From Yuukianura sp. NJ FZ-2021 (Eukaryota): a stretch of 64,000 nucleotides of DNA. A program made the translations under genes and the position numbers. Of the stretch, positions 24,671-35,043 are shown one piece after another (the stretch's first letter is position 1; each line of letters starts with the position of its first letter). The stretch covers positions 3,596,001 through 3,660,000 of the forward strand of contig CM102287.1 in the NCBI GenBank assembly GCA_046563655.1, in the 5' to 3' direction. The notes beneath the pieces were generated by a model. It did no database searches, had not been told where the DNA came from, and saw only the letters and a list, made by a program, of their open reading frames with translations.

Positions 24671-27450
24671 TTATTTACGAGGGTTACCCATCCAGAGATA
24701 ACCACCTACTGCCGTTGGATCCGTTTCTGTAACTGGCTGATATACCTGACCTCCAAAAATGCCAGATAGAGTGGGGTATGGTGGGTTGATACCTCTACCC
24801 GTGACTAGAACTGGTTGATAAGAAGGGGGCGGCGATTCAGTTTGCGTTTGAGTCTCTTGGGTTTCTTCAATTTCAGGAGCAGGTGGGTTGATATGTTGCA
24901 TTTCAACCGCCATTACCGCTTCTCCTCGACGATGTCGACTTGCACGCCGCTGTCTACTCCAGTTACCGGAAATAAAGCTATAAAGATTTCGTCGGTAGTA
25001 GACAGTAAGAGCAACTATGACTGCTACGAATACAACGAGAACGACAGCAGAAACTACTTTGATGGCAAATTGGCGAAGTGGATCAATTGTCCAACTCTTG
25101 ACTGTGTCAGCAATCAGTTGTTGAGGTTCGGATAATCGTTGACCTCCCATCTTTGTTTTCAGAATGTTGTCAAAACTATGGGGAGTCCGAATTTGACGTA
25201 GCATTGACAGCAAGGATTCTGATCCACCTGTTTGTCGTACAGAAATTGTTCCGGGACTGTTGAAGCTGATTTCAGAAATGGGTTGATCTGCAACTTTGTT
25301 GGCAAAAGGTAGTGGTAAAGTTGGCATCTGAACAGCAGTTGTAGTGGCGTTATTAAGTAGCAACATTTTAGATCCAATGTTGAAGAAGAATGGGACTTTC
25401 TCACTGCAGTCAATGTAATCTGGTTCTAAAGTGATATGACGACTCAATTCTGACAAATACCCTGTTCTTTTTTCATGATTGTACAAGAACGTGATTGGCA
25501 TGTTCCGTGTACAATTTCCATCGGATTCTTGTGGAGAAAAATGATAAGAGTCAATTACTTGACATCGCGTTAACGCAATGGCATCTCCATTCAATTTGGA
25601 TAGGTATCGTTGGTCTCGTAACAATAATCGAGCAATAACATTGGGGTCTCGCTGTTCAGTTAAATAGGTTGCAATACTAAGAATAGAATTCATGTTAATG
25701 CAAGTTTGGAAAATAATATTCTGTAATGCATATGAAACATTCTGTCGGATCATTTCATGTAAGTATTGAAGTCGTCCATTGACATGTGAAGCAACCATTA
25801 GACTATCTTCTGGAACGTGTGATTTTGGTTTACGGGTGGTTGACGAAATCATTCGGAGAATGTCTTCCTCAGTTCCATGAAGAACGTTCCGACTTAAGGG
25901 TCCTGATTCGATGGATTCGGTATGGATGGATGACGAGTAGGATGTTGGTGCAGCCGCGTTTGCATATGCTGTTTATAGACTCTGTGTTGAGTACGAAAAT
26001 CGTTGACGTATTGTTTTTTAGGAGTGATGGGGCGTCGAGTTGTGGAAGTTGAAGTGGTGGGGCTAGTGGATGATATAGTATTGTCCAACGACTCGGAATC
26101 AATCCATTCAATGTTGTCATCGTCTGATTCAGATAATTCGGTGAACTTGTTTGTATCTTGAACTGTTTCTGGGGTAGATTCAATGGGAGACATACGGAGA
26201 GGCAAATGCGTATGAAAATTGTGATTTTGCATTGGAATAGGGACTTCCGAAGTTTGATTAGCATCCGCTGCTGTGGTTTCGGTAGTAGGTGGCGGGGTTA
26301 AAGGTGGGTCAAAAGTGGGTGGGATGACTGTTGTAGATTGAAGGGAAGTAGTGTGGAGATGTTGGTTAGGTTTGGGGCCTGGACCCATTCGGTTACTTAA
26401 ATCAAAAAAGACTGCTTCGTTGTTATCACTCTGTGTGACAGTGGTTTTCGTAGGAGGGGCTTTGGCGCCTGGACCAACTCGGGTTTCCGATAGGATAGTG
26501 AAATCATCAGCTTGAACGAGTTCACGTCGGATACGTGCGTACCTGCTGGACTTTTGTATACGTGTTGCCCGCTCAAAGTCAGCTGTACTGGACACGGTAA
26601 TGGGAAGGTCGTCGGAATTACGTGGAGTGTAAAGTATTCCACCTGCGCCTGTACCCATATGAAGGGCACAATAGGGAATGGAGCGAATGTTAGGGATACT
26701 AAGAGTAACATCAGGACAACTCAGATGCTTTTCGTTCGAAAGAAGACATTCGGTACTGAAGGATTTTTGAATACGACAGGTTTTGAAAAGGTGTTGAGAC
26801 CAAACAAGGATGGAACCATCGACGCCTGGACAGGATTCATCTGCATATGAACATGTAGATAGCAGTGGAACTGGTGCCTGAACGGTGTCATCATAGTTAC
26901 TGGACGTGATAGTAACAGCTGAATAATAATAGTTGATGACGCTTTTGGTTTGAGTAGTTGGCCAAACATAGTGAATATCGACCTCCCGATCTGTGCCCCA
27001 AATTCCTTCACCGAGTGTTTTCATTTGGGTACCGTCGGGAGCTTTACCGGAGTTAACCATTTCAGTACATTGCCTCGCACTGACTATTCGATTTTCTTCC
27101 CACGTATCTCTGGAGTGACTGAGAAAAAAGAAGTAACTGCGAGTTTCTGTTTTGACGGAAGCTTTACACAACCAGCCTTTGACTGAATTACTGTTGGGAT
27201 CATCCAGCCAAATGTCTATCGCAACCATTCGTGTAGGAGTAATCAATTCGGTGAGTTCACACGTAGGCATTTCCGGAATCCGGTACCGTAGAGCTCCAAC
27301 ATTGGGATCGCAAAAATACAGTTGAGGGTGTTTTGGCGCAAGGGACCCAAAATAGAGACGGTGAAGATTCTCATCTTCTGGAGTTGGTAACGACGTGGAT
27401 ATTGAGATGAGGGGAACAAGTAACGTCAGGAGCACCGCTAGGGTTGACAT
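24671..27450 (-). CDS. env: Class III viral fusion glycoprotein (about 926 aa if joined; one frame break at 25894-25972)
   Basis: Signal peptide; GWLCKAS...YFFFL...SARQC...YVWP resembles rhabdovirus G fusion domain; furin-like RIRR; mucin-like linker; RLQYLHE...TC...DPNVIAR...LNGDAIALTRC...CTRNMPITF resembles herpes gB/chuvirus G; TM and cytoplasmic tail. Confidence 0.82.
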
Positions 27451-27607
27451 GTTGTTACAATTTGGAAAAAACCTTGAAATCATTAAATTTATAACTAAGT
27501 TAATCCTAGTGTAATATGTCTTATGTTGATTATCGTTGAGATTAACTATATCTAACATAGAAATTCATTTGCTCTCACAAGCATACATAGCGCAGCAAGA
27601 ATAGTTA

Positions 27608-30600
27608 TTATCGGAAATCATCGTATTTTAGCCAAGACGGAGGTTTACGATTCCGTATTGGTCGCTTAGACTCAACTAGTGGAAGTGTGTCTGTGCGGTC
27701 AGATGTTTTAGTAACGGAAGGATGGTTGGGGGCTAATGCATCAGTGTGCGTTATGTTACCAGCGGAGGCAGGGTTCGGTGCTGTCTCAACAGTGACTGGT
27801 ACATTAGGCGCGGAGACAGGGTGAGGTGTTGTCTCACTAGTGACTGGTACTTTAGCCGCGGAACCAGGGTCGCGTGCTGTCTCTTCGGCTAATGGAATAT
27901 TAGAACCTGTTACTGCCTGTTTGTGATTAATAGGGGACGACGTGTCTGCCTGTTCCCATTTAGACATAATGCCAGTAAGAGCGGCCTCTTGTTGAAAGAT
28001 TTTGTTTTCTGTTTTTAAAAATGATAAAATGCGCGTTTTGTGTTTAGATTGTGTCAAGACGTGCATGATCGTGCCGTAAATGGACGCATGCATCATCAAC
28101 TGAATGGATGACAAAATTGCCAGTGAGATAAAGCACTCTTCCCAACCATCGCCAATTATTAACACTTTCATGGAAAGTAAATTTTCTTTCAGTTTGATAT
28201 ATTTTTTCAACGTTAAGGGATTGTGTATTTGATGGATAAAAATACCCTCCGGATCCGTTACTAGAATTTGATTATTATTGGATTTATGGAATTTAAATAT
28301 TGGTGTTTTGACCGGGTTTAAAAGTATTACGTCATAAATTTGATGTTGTAAACAAATTTCAAGAATATTTGCATCCGAGAGATGTTCTTCCGTTACCCGC
28401 GCTTTGAGAACATAAAATTCGACTGGCAATGTACTCTGAGGAAGTATTGTAGCGTGTGAACCCCATTCTTTGATATCATATATGTAATCAATAATTTGGT
28501 CCAGAAAATGTAAATCGTCAGCAAAATGATCCGGTTCAACCATCATCTCAAACGACTCAATGTCTTCGTCCTCAGTTTCACGTATCAGTCGCATGCGACG
28601 AACATGTGTTTTGAATGTCCTTCCCATCGTTAAGCATTCCAATTTGTAGATATCAGGACCAATCTTCTCGATGACCTTGTAACATCCAAAATAATAAGCA
28701 ATCCACTTTGTCGTATGACCGCGTTCCCCTGTTCGTGGGTAAGTAAGACGAACGAGGTCGCCTATGGAATACTCCACATGCATTCGGTGCTTGTTAGCTT
28801 TTTCCTTGGTCTTCAATTGTTGTTTAGCAATGGCCGACCGTGTTTGAGACCAAAGCTCTTGAAACGTCTGTTTTTTCTGTTGCAGTAGTTCGTTGGGTAT
28901 TTCTACTTGAAAAGCATAAGGAAAATTAGGTTGTCTGTGAAAAAGTAACGAATATGGACAATGATGATTTAATATTTTGAGCGGAGTCGAATTAATACAA
29001 AAATTCATCATACGGACATATTTAGACCAATTATTATGTTTCTCGTTGACGTAGTTGCGAATGATAGAGTGACACATCGAATGTATGCGTTCTGAGATGG
29101 AATTTCCAGTTTTACAATAAAATGTTACGTGACGAATGCGTGTATTAAACATTGCGGTGAAAGATTTCAAAAACTTGGACGCGTAATTACTTCCGTTATC
29201 GGTGTAGATAATTTTTGGAGCGGAGTATATCAAAAATACTTCTTCCTCCCAAAATTTACTAATATCTTCGGATGTTATAGTTTTGAGTGGGGCAAGAACC
29301 ACATACCGCGTCAGCAGACAAACAACATTAATTATATATTTATAACCATTACTGGCGACAAATGGTCCTGTGATATCACTTGCACATATTTCCATCGGAT
29401 AGTTTCCTACAGGGATTTCACCCATCATTCCCGGCACTTTACCATAATGTCGTTTGTTTTCATTACAACTATCACATTCCTGGATGTGATTTAGTAAATC
29501 TCGTTTTTGAGATGGCCAAGCGTAAAGCCGAGATAATCTAGCGTAAGATTTGGAAAATCCGCTATGCCCAGAAAGGAAAGAATCATGCACTTCCCTCAAA
29601 ATTACCTTACGATACAAGTCAGGGACGTAAATTCTCGAATGGCCTAACCGCATATCGTATAAAATACCGTCTTTAATGATGTAGCGAGCGCGAGTATGTA
29701 AATCGTTATTCGCCCAAGCCGCTTTAATTTGAGTACATTGTGCATCCGCCAATTGAATCGACTTCCAATCGTAAACGTTTTCTTGTTTAACCCATTCCCC
29801 TTTATCTTCTAGTTCCTCGGTGGTAAGGAAAATAAAACGTGTGGAGATATTCTCTTCTTCATTGGTGTCAACATCTGCGGGGTCTCTACTGAGAAGATCT
29901 GGTAATTCCATATTATGTCCACGACGAAATTTCCATTCGTAATCAAATCCCATCATGATAACTGACCATCGGGTAAAATCGTTATTCCATCTTTTAGAGG
30001 GTGACAAAGCATTTTTAGCTTGAACTAGTGCTAATGAGTCTGTGATAATAGTGAAATGTATATCGCTTAAATATGTATGAAATACTGTACAACTGGTAAC
30101 GACAGCCAGAAGTTCCTTCATAAACACAGGAAATTGGAGTTGTCTGCCCTTTAACAATGAGGAATGATATGCAACTGGAACTTCTAAATTATCAGCCGTA
30201 ACTTGTAAAAGAGCTCCACCTACTCCGAAAGCACTAGCATCAGTGTATAATCTAGTTTCTCGCGTTCTGTCGAACCAATGAAGTAGGGGAGGAGAAGAGA
30301 GAATGGTCTTAATTTCATCGATTTTTTGTTTGTGAAAATCAGTTAGTTTAAAAACAGTATCCTTGCGTAACAATTGATATAATGGTTGAGTGATTGTGGA
30401 GAAATTTGGAACACTTCTACGAAACCAGTTAAAGGACCCTAATAGGCGTTGCAGCTTTTTGGCGGTGGTTGGATACGGAATCTGCTGAATCGCTTGTAAT
30501 TTTTCTGGGTTTTGTTTAATGCCTTCTCGGTTGACTAACATACCTAACAAAGGAATCTCAAAATAGCCAAAGTAGCACTTATGAATAGAGAGTTTAATTC

Positions 30601-32611
30601 CAGATTCACGAATTTTCTCAAATGTTTTACGTAAGTCTATTAAATGATCAGCCCAAATATTACTCCCTACGACAAGATCATCAACGTAAATAATGTTATT
30701 GACGAGAAATGTGTCGCCAAGCGAATTCACGACACTTCGCGTAAATGAGCTAGGAGCTGTGGAGATACCGAACGGTAAGTATCGGAAGGCAAACGTGCCC
30801 TTCTGTGTCACAAACGTAAGGTAATGGATACTATCTTCACTAACTGGAACTGTCCAAAACCCTTTCGAAATGTCCATCAAGGAATAAAATCCGTGGCGCT
30901 GTTGTAACCAATCTAAAACAGCATCTACCGACAAAAGTGTGTACTGGATAGGCGCGATCATCGAATTTAGTTCTGAGAAATTAACGCAAAACCGATAACT
31001 TTTCTTTCCATCCGGTCCGACGTGGCCAGGAACTAAAACTGTTGGAGATACGTAATTACTGTTACAGGGTTGAATGCGCCTAAGTTTCAAAAGTTCGTCC
31101 ACTGTCTTATTCTCAAAATCCTGCATTTCTTGTGTCCGACGTGTTGGTTGGGCTCTAAATGTATGTGAGTTTGCTCGTAATACGACATGATGGACGTATG
31201 ATTTCATTTGACCAATTTCTTTTCTGAACGAGAATACATCGGGAAACTCCTTTAAAAGTTCTTTTAACTCCTGTTGTTGTTGTAAACTTAACTCGGGATT
31301 AATACGCGCCAATATTTTATCAACGTGTTCTTTCATCAAATGTGGTGGTAAATCGGAGGTTTTAAATGTAGGTAATGTTTCATCGATCTCAAACGTTTCT
31401 GATTCGTTACATCTCTCAAGATGTGGATCATTAATATGTATTAAGTTAGGTTGTTGTGTCTCGTTTTCGTCACTGGAAAGGAAGACGTCTTTCCAGCACT
31501 CGTCTGAACGAAGGCCTTTCGTGTCAGAAAAGGTTCCATCACTGTGACCAAAGTGATCTTCCCGGGGAACCAATGTCTCTAATATTGATGCTCTGTCTAC
31601 TGATGTGTTAATTGATGTGTTCATGTCAACCTTTTGATTTACTTCCTCAGGCCTCTGAACCTGTATTATATTTTCTGATGGCTGATTCAAAAGAGGGACA
31701 GCTGCGATTGAATTTGAAACAACGTTAATAATTGAAACGTTATCCTCATTACTCGATAAGTCTGCCAAGCTGAGTTGGGCTTGAGAGTCAAATATGTCAT
31801 GGGGACAACAGTCGGTCTTGTTGAAGTCAAGATCCTGAATACGTAAATTCTTGGGAGTATTTACCCTCAACTCAGTCCCCGTCGAGACCAAATTAGAGTC
31901 CGGTGAACTTACATGTTCTGAAAGTACGTGCACGATTTCGTCCTCTTTTTGTTTAATGGGTTGGGACAGTGTATGATTAGTCTCGGAAGTCATGAGTGTA
32001 AAAATTTTACAACTCATTTGTAATTTCTCATCATCTATGGGTATCATCTGAATTTTAGTATTTCTCCAGTCAATGATATGTCTTTGAAAATCAATCACCA
32101 CACCTTGATTATGCAGAAAATCATTTCCTAATAATACTTGTAAAGAAAAATTCGCTACCACCACCATTTTGTGAACGATACGTTGATTTGCGATTTGAAT
32201 ATGGACCATGGACACTCCTAAGGATGGTGTTGCCGTATTCCCAATGCCTTTAAGTGTAATTTGCCTGTCAGGTTGTAAAATATTGTTTGGTTTTACGAAC
32301 TTGTCATGAATAACTGATGTTTCTGCACCCGTATCTAACAAAAAATCTGTTTTATGTTGATTTACGTAACCACTAACTTTTAAAAGTCCATTCATCCCAA
32401 TATTACAACTAATGAAATCCTCCCGAGTTAAATCTATGTTGAAAGCATTGATTGAAGGATGTAGATGTGGATTCGTATTGTGATTTATAAAGCAAATGCA
32501 GGATTCAGAGAGTTGACCAATGGATTGACCGGGGTCGCTTGGGTGGTAGGGCGCCCAACTGTCTGCGGAAGCTGAGGATTGGTCATGCCCCCCTTCCGCT
32601 GCTCGTTTTTT
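27608..32611 (-). CDS. pol: Pol polyprotein (PR-RT-RNaseH-IN plus C-terminal extension), Ty3/gypsy type
   Basis: LLDTGA; RFCVNF, LPFG, YVDD; TDAS...ELLAVV; HHCC zinc finger, DITGP / TDNG / SERIH; frame open from 32620. Confidence 0.96.
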   Translation of the reverse strand, partial: KKRAAEGGHDQSSASADSWAPYHPSDPGQSIGQLSESCICFINHNTNPHLHPSINAFNIDLTREDFISCNIGMNGLLKVSGYVNQHKTDFLLDTGAETSVIHDKFVKPNNILQPDRQITLKGIGNTATPSLGVSMVHIQIANQRIVHKMVVVANFSLQVLLGNDFLHNQGVVIDFQRHIIDWRNTKIQMIPIDDEKLQMSCKIFTLMTSETNHTLSQPIKQKEDEIVHVLSEHVSSPDSNLVSTGTELRVNTPKNLRIQDLDFNKTDCCPHDIFDSQAQLSLADLSSNEDNVSIINVVSNSIAAVPLLNQPSENIIQVQRPEEVNQKVDMNTSINTSVDRASILETLVPREDHFGHSDGTFSDTKGLRSDECWKDVFLSSDENETQQPNLIHINDPHLERCNESETFEIDETLPTFKTSDLPPHLMKEHVDKILARINPELSLQQQQELKELLKEFPDVFSFRKEIGQMKSYVHHVVLRANSHTFRAQPTRRTQEMQDFENKTVDELLKLRRIQPCNSNYVSPTVLVPGHVGPDGKKSYRFCVNFSELNSMIAPIQYTLLSVDAVLDWLQQRHGFYSLMDISKGFWTVPVSEDSIHYLTFVTQKGTFAFRYLPFGISTAPSSFTRSVVNSLGDTFLVNNIIYVDDLVVGSNIWADHLIDLRKTFEKIRESGIKLSIHKCYFGYFEIPLLGMLVNREGIKQNPEKLQAIQQIPYPTTAKKLQRLLGSFNWFRRSVPNFSTITQPLYQLLRKDTVFKLTDFHKQKIDEIKTILSSPPLLHWFDRTRETRLYTDASAFGVGGALLQVTADNLEVPVAYHSSLLKGRQLQFPVFMKELLAVVTSCTVFHTYLSDIHFTIITDSLALVQAKNALSPSKRWNNDFTRWSVIMMGFDYEWKFRRGHNMELPDLLSRDPADVDTNEEENISTRFIFLTTEELEDKGEWVKQENVYDWKSIQLADAQCTQIKAAWANNDLHTRARYIIKDGILYDMRLGHSRIYVPDLYRKVILREVHDSFLSGHSGFSKSYARLSRLYAWPSQKRDLLNHIQECDSCNENKRHYGKVPGMMGEIPVGNYPMEICASDITGPFVASNGYKYIINVVCLLTRYVVLAPLKTITSEDISKFWEEEVFLIYSAPKIIYTDNGSNYASKFLKSFTAMFNTRIRHVTFYCKTGNSISERIHSMCHSIIRNYVNEKHNNWSKYVRMMNFCINSTPLKILNHHCPYSLLFHRQPNFPYAFQVEIPNELLQQKKQTFQELWSQTRSAIAKQQLKTKEKANKHRMHVEYSIGDLVRLTYPRTGERGHTTKWIAYYFGCYKVIEKIGPDIYKLECLTMGRTFKTHVRRMRLIRETEDEDIESFEMMVEPDHFADDLHFLDQIIDYIYDIKEWGSHATILPQSTLPVEFYVLKARVTEEHLSDANILEICLQHQIYDVILLNPVKTPIFKFHKSNNNQILVTDPEGIFIHQIHNPLTLKKYIKLKENLLSMKVLIIGDGWEECFISLAILSSIQLMMHASIYGTIMHVLTQSKHKTRILSFLKTENKIFQQEAALTGIMSKWEQADTSSPINHKQAVTGSNIPLAEETARDPGSAAKVPVTSETTPHPVSAPNVPVTVETAPNPASAGNITHTDALAPNHPSVTKTSDRTDTLPLVESKRPIRNRKPPSWLKYDDFR

Positions 32612-34074
32612 TGTTGCAATCTACATGTACTATCGCTGTGACCGGTAGATCGGTGCAACGAACACCACTCGTTACTTTGTCGGACAGGCGGAGATGGTTG
32701 TTGGGGTTTTTGGCGAAAACACGTCGCGTCTGAATGCGTATTGGTATTATGGAAGGAGCAAAACTGTTGACGTGATTGGTTTGGGGTGACGCTGGGACAG
32801 TTTGCTGCGAAATGAGACTCTGAGTTACATCGAAAACAGCGGCGACCATTCGGACAAGCCGCAGCAATATGTTGGTCTGAGTTACAGAGAAAACAGTTAC
32901 CATTGTTCCGCTGGGATCTGGGTGGGCCAGAAAATCCACCTCGCTGCCCTCCCCTTGCGCGCATTGGTTTACTATATCCTCCAACTCGTGTGTTCACACC
33001 AAAATGTTCAGCGGTTGTATAATCGGGCAGAATGCGTTCCATTTTGGGTTGTTTAGGTACAGATTCGGTAGTTTGTTGAGTAAGATACGTTTGCATTTGT
33101 TCCATGACCTTATTACAACGTTCCATATTCTCTGCCTGATCGGCCAAGATGGAAGTGGCTTGTGTCATTAAATTTACCTCCTTCTGATGTAAAAGTATCT
33201 CGTTAGTTTCTTCAATGGAACGAACTGCTTTAAGAAAATCAGCGATCGTTTCAGGCTTTTGAACCCCTAGCGCTGTTAAATTAGACGGGCGGAGATTACG
33301 TATCAACCACCGAACCTGTTTTCCCTCACTCATTCCGGGTTCCATTAATCGTAACAAATTCGTAAGTTCATACGTATATTGTGTCGCTGACTCGTTAAGC
33401 AACTGTTTGCGATTAATTACTTTTTGTTCGGCTGTAATAGTGTTGGTTTCACCAAAAGCTTTGATTAACTCCTCTTTCAAATTACCATATTGAACCAAAA
33501 AGGGTTCTTCTGCTGGTAGTAATTCTTTCATAGAATCCAAATATGACAAAAGCCAAGCCTCCGCAGTGTCCGTTAAATTGTTACTCAAAATAACCGCGTA
33601 GCTTTGTTCACTAATGCCGTTAGCCGCTGCAGCCATTTCAAATTTAGTCAAAAAGCGTTCAACATCTTCGGATTTTTTTCCGGCAAAAGTTGGAATTTTA
33701 ACTTTATAGTAATTTTTAGCTGTGTGAGTTCCCTGAATCGGAATAAATCCTGTGTTTGAAGCTTGAGTACGCTTAGTTACTTGCGTATTTACTGTAGGGT
33801 AGTAGGGAGTATACATGATCCCGTCGTCGTCAGAATCTGATGCGTTCAAGGGAATCTGAGGTTTGGTTGGGGGTAAGTTTCCGGAGGCGCCTGGAATTGC
33901 CTTCGGATTGGAGTATGGCGGAGGGATGTTGGGTTTGGGGTATCGAACTGGATTTTTAGGCATGGGTGTAGGAAGGCGGGTGACGGGTAGTGGTGGGGCT
34001 TGAGGAATAGTGGGAGTTGGTAAATTGGTTTTATCTAGTAACTTATCTTGCTGGCTTGTATTGAGTTTGTCCAT
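32485..34074 (-). CDS. gag: Gag (529 aa) with Pro-rich N-terminus, capsid domain and four zinc knuckles
   Basis: IPTFAG...VERFL...AEAWL...RKQ..NES; two CX2CX4HX4C and two CX2HX4HX4C motifs. Confidence 0.93.
   Translation of the reverse strand: MDKLNTSQQDKLLDKTNLPTPTIPQAPPLPVTRLPTPMPKNPVRYPKPNIPPPYSNPKAIPGASGNLPPTKPQIPLNASDSDDDGIMYTPYYPTVNTQVTKRTQASNTGFIPIQGTHTAKNYYKVKIPTFAGKKSEDVERFLTKFEMAAAANGISEQSYAVILSNNLTDTAEAWLLSYLDSMKELLPAEEPFLVQYGNLKEELIKAFGETNTITAEQKVINRKQLLNESATQYTYELTNLLRLMEPGMSEGKQVRWLIRNLRPSNLTALGVQKPETIADFLKAVRSIEETNEILLHQKEVNLMTQATSILADQAENMERCNKVMEQMQTYLTQQTTESVPKQPKMERILPDYTTAEHFGVNTRVGGYSKPMRARGGQRGGFSGPPRSQRNNGNCFLCNSDQHIAAACPNGRRCFRCNSESHFAANCPSVTPNQSRQQFCSFHNTNTHSDATCFRQKPQQPSPPVRQSNEWCSLHRSTGHSDSTCRLQQKNEQRKGGMTNPQLPQTVGRPTTQATPVNPLVNSLNPAFAL
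32565..32611 (-). promoter_or_regulatory. -1 programmed ribosomal frameshift signal (gag-pol)
   Basis: A_AAA_AAC in the gag frame at 32611-32605, 5-nt spacer, stem GCGGAAG/CTTCCGC; pol lies in the -1 frame and opens 9 nt upstream. Confidence 0.85.
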
Positions 34075-35043
34075 TGCAATGTAGAGGCATTAGGAATAAT
34101 AATATAAAGTAAAATTGTATTACCAATTCCGTAATAACAAAGAAAAGAGGCTTTGGTTTCACCACAAAGACGTTGTACTTAGTTATTCACAAAGGATTAG
34201 TGATGGTGGATTGTTACGAACCACTAGCACTAATGCTGTTGAATTTATTGAGAACGACTGTTAACGAAAGAGTTCTGGAACGCTTCACAAGTTAAGCTAA
34301 AACAAATTTAGTGATACTAAAATTGGTGTGAAGGATTAGGGATGAGGAGAAGTGATGATGTCTGGTGAGAAGCCAAAATATGACTGAGGAGGTAGAAGTG
34401 GTGGTTACAGATAGTTATTACTTTAATTATGATGAGAATTTCCTTGGGGTATATCCTCAGCCAAGGAAATTAATAAAACTATGGGGGTGTTCATGAGATG
34501 TATGAGTGGTGACCTTGGGAGGCTCAAAACTCCCATAGAACTATGGCTGTAAATAAAAGCTGAATCCCGGATGTGATGTGTTTTACTTTGAAAGTGACCA
34601 CAGCGGAAAACCCCACTCAACCGTGCATTAAGATTGTTTGCTGTTTTTAATTAAGAGTCATAAATCTATCATATCCACTTTGTACCTACTTACAAACATA
34701 ATTACCAGAAGTACATAAGCAAATTGTAACATAATAATAACGTAGAGAAAAAGAAAAATCGATGTAAATTATCTTATTACAATAGTATATAGAGACATCA
34801 AAGTACGTAAATTGCTTAAAAGTAGAGTAATGTTAATCTCCACATTTACTGAATAAAATAACTAAAATATGCAAGAACATTGTCGAAAAGAGCTGTTGTT
34901 GACGTAACCGAAGCAAAGACTTACTACTCAGTGTACCAAACTGTTTGACAAAAACGAAATACCTATGCCAATCTAAAGTAGCGACTTTGCTGCCCTAAGC
35001 TGAATCTAAATGCGATGTGAAACTATCCTGATTCGCATGGATG

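Noticed and set aside
27608..32395. BEL/Pao or copia assignment because of YVDD and the gB-like env
   Set aside because: Domain order PR-RT-RH-IN and the RT, RNase H and protease motifs are Ty3/gypsy type
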